From Clostridia bacterium (lineage in GTDB: Bacteria; Bacillota; Clostridia; Oscillospirales; CAG-272), in NCBI GenBank assembly GCA_024404505.1, contig JAKSPU010000003.1:1-60761 (forward strand): a stretch of 60,761 nt of DNA. Direction: 5' to 3'. How positions within the stretch are numbered: the stretch's first letter is position 1; each line of letters begins with the position of its first letter. This document shows positions 54,914 through 60,761 of this stretch, piece by piece. A program made the translations under genes and the position numbers. A model generated the notes under the pieces. That model did no database searches. It had not been told where the DNA came from and was given only the letters and a program-made list of their open reading frames with translations.

Positions 54914-57274
54914 ATGGTCATGTGTTCAAAATGCCGCAAAAGAGTTGCGGTGATATTCGTAACGAAGGTCGAAAACGGGCAGCGCACGTCCGAGGGCTTC
55001 TGCATCAGATGCGCGAAGGAGGCCGGTATGCCGGTCAACCAGATGCTCGACGATATAGCGGGAAAGATCGGCGTCTCGCCCGAAATGCTGGAAAGTATGG
55101 AGGACAGCGTCGGCGGTATGATCGCACCGTCCGATCAGGACGATCTCGAGGACGGAGGCGCCCCCGCCGTAGATATGCCCAAGTTCGTTGAGGAGCTTGA
55201 GCGGTCCCTGAAAGATATGGCAGGCGATCAGGAAGGGAAGGACGGGCAGGATGAAAAGTCCGCGCCGTCCGGTCAGTCCGAACGTCCGCAGAAACGTGAA
55301 GGCCGTGCCGAAAACCGCCGCAAACCGGAGGGCGACAAACGCAAGAATCTGAAATACCTCACGACCTACTGCCGCTGTCTGACGGACGCCGCCCGCGAGG
55401 GCAAGCTCGACCGCATCGTCGGACGTGACAAGGAGCTTTCGCGCGTCACGCAGATACTCTGCCGCCGTCAGAAGAACAATCCCTGCCTCATCGGTGAACC
55501 CGGCGTCGGTAAGACAGCCATCGCCGAGGCGCTGGCTATCCGCATCGCGTCGGGAGACGTGCCTTACGTTCTGAAGAAAAAGGAGGTCTACCTTGTCGAC
55601 CTGACCGCGCTGGTAGCCGGAACACAGTTCCGCGGACAGTACGAGCAGCGTATCCTCGGCCTTCTGTCCGAGGTGCAGCAGGAGGGCAATATCATCCTTG
55701 TCATAGACGAGGTACACAACATCATCGGCTCCGGACAGGCGGACGGCTCCGTAAACGCCGCCAATATCCTCAAGCCCGCGCTTTCCCGCGGAGAGGTGCA
55801 GGTCATCGGCGCCACCACGCTTACGGAATACCGGAAATATATCGAGAAGGATACGGCCCTTGAACGCCGCTTCCAGCCCGTTATCGTCGAGGAGCCGTCC
55901 ATCGCGGATTCCGTCGAGATGCTCAAGGGCATCAAGCACTACTACGAGAGCTTCCACCGCGTAACCATTCCGGACGCGATGCTGCAGCGCGCCGTCGTGC
56001 TGTCCGAGCGGTACATCACCGACCGCTATCTGCCCGACAAGGCCATTGACCTGCTCGACGAGGCAGCCTCCTATCTGTCGCTGTCCTCCGCCTCTCTCAA
56101 CGAGTCCCGCGAGATACGCGACGAGCTGCTTCGTCTGAGGGATAAACGTGAGGAGATCGAGAACGACACCAAGCAGGTCAACGATTCCGACCAGCAGAAA
56201 AAATACGAGGCGCTTGCAGACATCAAGGCCAACGAGCTCCGGCTCACGAGCCGCCTTGCCGAGATCGAGCCGGACTGCGGCAGCGTTTCTCTCACCAACG
56301 ACGACCTTGCCCACGTCATCGAGGTGTGGACCGGTATCCCGGCGGACACCATCACAGAGAACGAATTTGAGCGTGTCGAGCAGTTGGAGTCCCGTCTGAA
56401 GCAGCATATCATCGGACAGGACAGCGCCGTCAACGCCGTCGCACGCGCCGTCAAGCGCAGCCGTGCCGGCGTCAGCGCCAAAAGGAAGCCGGTGTCCTTC
56501 ATCTTTGCCGGACCGACCGGTGTCGGCAAGACCGAGCTGGTCAAGCGGCTGGCAGACGATCTGTTCCACGTTCCCGAGACGCTGATCCGTCTGGATATGT
56601 CCGAATTCATGGAAAAGGAGTCCGTCTCCCGCCTCATCGGGTCGCCTCCCGGATACGTCGGATACGACGATGCCGGTCAGCTCACCGAGAAGATCCGCCG
56701 AAAGCCGTACTCCGTCATCCTGTTCGACGAGATAGAGAAGGCACATCCCGACGTCCTGAACATCCTGCTCCAGATCCTCGACGACGGACGTCTCACCGAT
56801 GCACACGGTAAAACGGTCAACTTTGAGAACACGATCATCGTCATGACGACCAACGCCGGCTCCGAGCACAGGACAGCCAAGATCGGGTTCTCGGGCGAGG
56901 GCGAGGAGGATTCCGCCACCATGAAGGCCCTCGAGGGCTTCCTGCGCCCCGAATTCATCAACCGCGTGGACGAGATCATCACGTTCCGTCCGCTTGACAG
57001 GGACGATTTCGTCCGCATCGCCCGCATCATGCTCGACGAGCTGGCCGCGGCATTGACAGAGAAGGGGATCACCTTCACGTATACCGACAAAGCAGCGGCG
57101 CTCGTTGCGACAGAGTCCTTCTCCGAGAAGTACGGCGCCCGCAATATGCGGCGCTATATCCAGCGGCATGTCGAAGACCCCGTAGCCGAGGCCGTCATTG
57201 CCGATTACCGCCGCGGTGTCACGCAGGTCAAGCTTTCCGTCGCTGACGGGAAGCCCGTCGTCACGACCGCCTGA
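54914..57274 (+). CDS. clpE: ATP-dependent Clp protease ATP-binding subunit, ClpE-type (N-terminal zinc ribbon, two AAA+ modules)
   Basis: CSKC-x22-CIRC N-terminal zinc ribbon, Walker A GEPGVGKT and GPTGVGKT, short coiled-coil middle domain, and a ClpP-docking loop KIGFSGEG. Confidence 0.8.
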   Translation: MVMCSKCRKRVAVIFVTKVENGQRTSEGFCIRCAKEAGMPVNQMLDDIAGKIGVSPEMLESMEDSVGGMIAPSDQDDLEDGGAPAVDMPKFVEELERSLKDMAGDQEGKDGQDEKSAPSGQSERPQKREGRAENRRKPEGDKRKNLKYLTTYCRCLTDAAREGKLDRIVGRDKELSRVTQILCRRQKNNPCLIGEPGVGKTAIAEALAIRIASGDVPYVLKKKEVYLVDLTALVAGTQFRGQYEQRILGLLSEVQQEGNIILVIDEVHNIIGSGQADGSVNAANILKPALSRGEVQVIGATTLTEYRKYIEKDTALERRFQPVIVEEPSIADSVEMLKGIKHYYESFHRVTIPDAMLQRAVVLSERYITDRYLPDKAIDLLDEAASYLSLSSASLNESREIRDELLRLRDKREEIENDTKQVNDSDQQKKYEALADIKANELRLTSRLAEIEPDCGSVSLTNDDLAHVIEVWTGIPADTITENEFERVEQLESRLKQHIIGQDSAVNAVARAVKRSRAGVSAKRKPVSFIFAGPTGVGKTELVKRLADDLFHVPETLIRLDMSEFMEKESVSRLIGSPPGYVGYDDAGQLTEKIRRKPYSVILFDEIEKAHPDVLNILLQILDDGRLTDAHGKTVNFENTIIVMTTNAGSEHRTAKIGFSGEGEEDSATMKALEGFLRPEFINRVDEIITFRPLDRDDFVRIARIMLDELAAALTEKGITFTYTDKAAALVATESFSEKYGARNMRRYIQRHVEDPVAEAVIADYRRGVTQVKLSVADGKPVVTTA

Positions 57275-57318
57275 TCCGCAGCATACAAAAATCCATCACG
57301 AAAGGAGGGAACGACACG

Positions 57319-60093
57319 ATGCCCGTTTCCGCCGAGCAGAAATCGCGCAGACCCGGAAGGATCAACCCTGCGCTGACCTCTGTCGAATCGCTTGCATCCG
57401 CATTGGGAACGGATATTGAAAAGGGCCTTGCTCCGAAGGAAGCAGCCAAGCGCCTTGCCCGCAGCGAGGGATTACTGTTCTCGTCCGGCACGATGTCACT
57501 TCGGACGTGCATCGGCAGGATGTGCCGGGAGCCGGTACTGTGGCTGTTCCTTGCTTTCAGCATAGTAGCCGTATTCTTCGGGCGGACCGCGATCGGTCTT
57601 GTCTGCACGGGACTTACGCTGCTGTATGCCGCTTTCTCCGTCTATATGCTGTATCGTTCGGAGCAGATCGACGCTGCCATGTCGGTATACGACCGCCCGC
57701 TTTGCCACGTCGTCCGCGGCGGGCGCGTCAGACGCGTCCGTGGGGACGCTGTCGTCCGGGGCGACGTGCTGATCCTGTTCCCCGGTGATCTTGTTCCCGC
57801 GGACTGCCGCCTCATCTCCGCAGACGCTGACTTTACGGTCACGGAACGCGAGCTTGAAAGCCGCGAAAACCTCCGGCACGCCGTCAGGCTGGTCAAAAAC
57901 GCGTCGGCTCACCCTGTACCGAGCGCACGGCATACGCATTCACCGGAGAATATGGTGTTTGCGGGCGGTATCGTCGAATCAGGGACGGCACGCGCGCTGG
58001 TCACAGCCGTCGGACAGCATACGCATCTCGCGGGCCTTACGGGCAGCATACGCCCATCCCGCGGAAAGAGAGTCCCCGAATCCGCGTCAGCCGCGAAAAA
58101 GCGGCTCGACAGCGTCAATATCCTTCTCGTTCTGCTTGTCATCCCGCTGACAGCGGTCGGCATCCTCACGCTGCGGAGCAGGTACGATCTTCTTGACATC
58201 GTGCTGGCAGCCGCTTCCCTCTGCGTCCTCACGCTGCGTACTCCGATGCTCATCCGGGAAGGCTGGATCGGCGCGATGATACGGCATAAAACAGCCGTCA
58301 GCCGTGACGCCGACAGCACCGCCGACATCCGCACCTCCGTCGTTCTCGACAGCCTTGACAGCCTTGACGAGATCATGCTCGTCGGGACAGCCGGCCTGCA
58401 CGACGGCGCTTGTCATCCTGACTCGCTCTGCGTGGGCACCGATTCCTACGATTGCACGCGATTCTGTGATGCGGGACTGCCCTCCCGCTTCATAGAGGGG
58501 CTGTTCATGATCCGGACGGCGCTGTCCGAATATGGTCAGCCGATCGACGTCACCGAGCAGCTGCACGGTCAGGAGGGAATGGCACTGATCGCGGAGCTGA
58601 TATCCCGTTCACAGTTCGAGCCGGAGGCGCTGCGCCTGCGCGCCGACACCGTGACAGCCTACGTATCCGGATCGGCCAACCGGGTGCTGACGAGTGTCAC
58701 CGCCGAAATGAAAAGCGGACGCACGGTATCCTACCGCCTGACAGATCGCTTTCTGGACGTAACGGGCTGTACGACAGCAGCCGCCGGTGAGGATGAATAT
58801 CCGATATCCGAGGCTGTCCTCGGGTATATCCGTACACAGGCCCGGAAGGCCCAGCTGGCGGGTTACCGCAGCCTGTATCTCGTATCCGTGTGCGGAGCAA
58901 ATACCTGTCTTGAGGGATTGCTGATCTACACACCGCATACCTGCCGGAAGACGGCAGGCATCATAAGAAGCCTTGAGGAGGACGGCATCCGGGTGACAGC
59001 CTTCCTGCACGGGTCCTCCGAGGAGGATGCGCGCTGCCTTTCCGAGTGCGGACTTACTTCATCATGTCCGGCTGACCTGCCGACCGGTACCTCGTCCCGT
59101 ATCCCCGCCGTGGTAAAAACTATGGACGGAGTCTGCGCGTTTGAGGGATGCGACAATGCGTACATCCTTTCCTATCTGCGCACCCGTCAGAAGCAGGGCG
59201 CAAAGGTCGGCGTGCTTGCCTCGGACGCGGGTGATCTCGCGCTGCTGTCCGCCGCCGACGTATCGTTTACCGTTTCTCCGAGTCTTTACGGTGCCGGGTC
59301 CGGCGCAGCTTCCGAATTCATCGTCGGTGAATACGCGGATGCCGACGGTCTCCCCGACGGCAACTGCGCGACGGACCTCTGCCGCCGCCGTTCGGACGTC
59401 ATCGTCCGCCGCACGACCGACGACGGAGGCGGTATCCACGGCGTCAGGAAAGCCATTTCCGCCGCCCGTCATTACCGGCATCTGCTGCACAGCGTCCGGC
59501 GTTTTGCTGTCTGCTCCCAGATCATCAGAGCGGCTGCCTTCATCATCCCGCTCTGCTTCGGGCTGTCGCTCACGTCGGCGATCCTGATGCTCTGCTCCGG
59601 ATTCGTGGTTGACACCGCGCTGACCGTCATGACGGTATTGGCGCGTTTCCCCTCCGAGCGCGATCTTCGTACCGAGGGCGAGCCCTTGTCCCGCAAGACC
59701 CCGCAGGCGTCCGATTGGACAGGCTTCCGCCGCGCGTTCTTCAAGGACATCATCGTCTCCGCTGCCGCCGCCCTTGTCCCGTGGTGCATCGCCATATTCG
59801 CCTCGCTGACCGGTATGCAGTTCGGCAATTCACTCGGGTATTACGCAGCGCTCTGTATGTTCGCCGGACAGACGGCTGTCTGCCTGACCGATCCTTGTCT
59901 GCGCGGACGTATGAAATACGGTTTCCCGGGCGGCCTGTTCATGGTGTGTGTATATGTCGGATGCCTTGCCGCCGCGCTCGGCGGCGGTCTGGCTCCGTGG
60001 TGGAGCCTCGTATTCCCGCTGACGTCAGCGGCTGTGATCGCGCTGATCAACGTGGTTTCCGCCGGAGGCAGGAATTCGGGAATGAAGAAATGA
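57319..60093 (+). CDS. P-type ATPase homologue with all catalytic signature motifs degenerate (probable pseudo-enzyme)
   Basis: Cation_ATPase_N-like N-terminus and P2-type colinearity (VVRGG..VRGDVLILFPGDLVPADCRLI, NMVFAGGIVESGTARALVTAVG, 10-TM layout). But DKTGT is replaced by VGTAG (codons 355-359), TGES by ESRE (180-183) and GDGxND by SDAGDL (635-640). AAAGGAGGG RBS, 44 nt after clpE. Confidence 0.75.
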   Translation: MPVSAEQKSRRPGRINPALTSVESLASALGTDIEKGLAPKEAAKRLARSEGLLFSSGTMSLRTCIGRMCREPVLWLFLAFSIVAVFFGRTAIGLVCTGLTLLYAAFSVYMLYRSEQIDAAMSVYDRPLCHVVRGGRVRRVRGDAVVRGDVLILFPGDLVPADCRLISADADFTVTERELESRENLRHAVRLVKNASAHPVPSARHTHSPENMVFAGGIVESGTARALVTAVGQHTHLAGLTGSIRPSRGKRVPESASAAKKRLDSVNILLVLLVIPLTAVGILTLRSRYDLLDIVLAAASLCVLTLRTPMLIREGWIGAMIRHKTAVSRDADSTADIRTSVVLDSLDSLDEIMLVGTAGLHDGACHPDSLCVGTDSYDCTRFCDAGLPSRFIEGLFMIRTALSEYGQPIDVTEQLHGQEGMALIAELISRSQFEPEALRLRADTVTAYVSGSANRVLTSVTAEMKSGRTVSYRLTDRFLDVTGCTTAAAGEDEYPISEAVLGYIRTQARKAQLAGYRSLYLVSVCGANTCLEGLLIYTPHTCRKTAGIIRSLEEDGIRVTAFLHGSSEEDARCLSECGLTSSCPADLPTGTSSRIPAVVKTMDGVCAFEGCDNAYILSYLRTRQKQGAKVGVLASDAGDLALLSAADVSFTVSPSLYGAGSGAASEFIVGEYADADGLPDGNCATDLCRRRSDVIVRRTTDDGGGIHGVRKAISAARHYRHLLHSVRRFAVCSQIIRAAAFIIPLCFGLSLTSAILMLCSGFVVDTALTVMTVLARFPSERDLRTEGEPLSRKTPQASDWTGFRRAFFKDIIVSAAAALVPWCIAIFASLTGMQFGNSLGYYAALCMFAGQTAVCLTDPCLRGRMKYGFPGGLFMVCVYVGCLAAALGGGLAPWWSLVFPLTSAAVIALINVVSAGGRNSGMKK

Positions 60094-60099
60094 TACGAT

Positions 60100-60133
60100 G
60101 AGGTGCGTGGGCAGCCGCGCACCTCTCTTTATT
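60100..60133 (+). terminator. Intrinsic terminator after the P-type ATPase homologue
   Basis: GAGGTGCG-tgggcagc-CGCACCTC followed by TCTTTATT. Confidence 0.65.
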
Positions 60134-60184
60134 CATCTCTCCGGCATCCGGCCGCATATACTGTCCCCGAGGAGGTGATCTGCC

Positions 60185-60487
60185 ATGCAAATCACGAGTA
60201 CGGACGTCCTGTTCTCCATGGAGGTCATCAATCTGTGCGGAGGAACGAGGCTCGGCTGTGTATCGGAACTCGAGATCGATCTGTGCGGAGGGCAGCCGAC
60301 CGTCACCGCACTCGTCATACCGGTCGGAACGGGGATCACGGGTCTGTTTTCTTTTTCCGGCAGGGAAGTGTACCGGATCCCGTGGTGCCGGGTTGAATGT
60401 ATCGGCAAGGATGCGGTGCTTGTCCGGCTGACTTCGGGAGAGCTGTCCGAATGCCGTCAGAGAGCCGGGGACCGCAGGAAAGAGTGA
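60185..60487 (+). CDS. YlmC/YmxH family sporulation protein (PRC-barrel)
   Basis: 100 aa. EVINLCGGTRLGCVSELEIDL ... IPWCRVECIGKDAVLV is typical of YlmC/YmxH; GAGGAGG RBS. Confidence 0.8.
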   Translation: MQITSTDVLFSMEVINLCGGTRLGCVSELEIDLCGGQPTVTALVIPVGTGITGLFSFSGREVYRIPWCRVECIGKDAVLVRLTSGELSECRQRAGDRRKE

Positions 60488-60537
60488 CGTAAGACGTTTA
60501 ACATTTGTAAATAAATTGTTAAAGTTTGACTTTCCGC

Positions 60538-60566
60538 TTGTAAAATGATGGAGTGTATGGTATAAT
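60538..60566 (+). promoter_or_regulatory. SigmaA-type promoter (extended -10) for rpsB
   Basis: TTGTAA (60538-60543), 17-nt spacer ending TGg, TATAAT (60561-60566). Leaves a roughly 125-nt structured leader. Confidence 0.65.
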
Positions 60567-60697
60567 ACTCGCGTTGTGCGAAAAGCACGGCAAATAATAC
60601 ACACACAGGACGGCAGGCGACCCGGTGTTCCTCCGTGCGGAGGAATCGGCCTTCCCCGAGTACCTGTGGTGGAAAAAACCGAAGGAGGACATTGAAA

Positions 60698-60761
60698 ATG
60701 TCTATTATCACCATCAAGCAGCTGCTGGAAGCCGGTGTGCATTTCGGCCACCATACCAGAC
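60698..60761 (+). CDS. rpsB: 30S ribosomal protein S2 (5' partial, runs off the window)
   Basis: MSIITIKQLLEAGVHFGHHTR is the canonical S2 N-terminus; GAAGGAGGA RBS at 60681-60689. Confidence 0.9.
   Translation, partial: MSIITIKQLLEAGVHFGHHTR

Overview
GC-rich (roughly 60% by eye) chromosomal segment of a sporulating Firmicute, probably Clostridia/Oscillospirales-like (spoIIIAA-AH, sigG, ylmC/ymxH, Gram-positive polC). I call 48 protein genes and one tRNA-Leu(TAG); no rRNA, CRISPR, transposase or integrase was seen. Layout: (1) 1-9.2 kb, glycan-processing genes (GH127-like, FAD oxidoreductase, DUF4838, clan GH-A-like hydrolase, metallophosphoesterase). (2) 9.3-14.5 kb, complete spoIIIA operon on the minus strand. 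(3) hom plus a membrane protein. (4) 16.9-22.2 kb, two translationally coupled fused MacB-type ABC proteins. (5) DUF1385, nagB, sigG, an IMPase-family gene and a leaderless beta-propeller/Big_2 protein. (6) The conserved pyrH-frr-uppS-cdsA-dxr-rseP-ispG-polC block. (7) 39.1-43.0 kb, a four-gene operon: tandem-CNB protein, Endo IV-like TIM barrel, PAS-class III cyclase, DUF1643. (8) A 1111-aa lipoprotein and an EEP nuclease/phosphatase. (9) ruvB-ruvA-yfhO-DUF951 on the minus strand. (10) tRNA-Leu, a hairpin array, an AT-rich orphan gene, a DAG-kinase-family gene, clpE, a motif-dead P-type ATPase homologue, ylmC and the start of rpsB. The best candidates for something undescribed are: (a) the 39.1-43.0 kb operon, which interleaves cyclic-nucleotide signalling with what looks like a glycosylase/AP-endonuclease pair, and whose cyclase has a non-canonical Glu/Asp specificity pair; (b) a 171-bp mirror-symmetric array of 7 variable-stem hairpins separated by GTGAAAT/ATTTCAC downstream of tRNA-Leu; (c) a P-type ATPase homologue that appears to lack all catalytic signatures, apparently co-transcribed with clpE. 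All family assignments come from motif recognition by eye; no searches were run.
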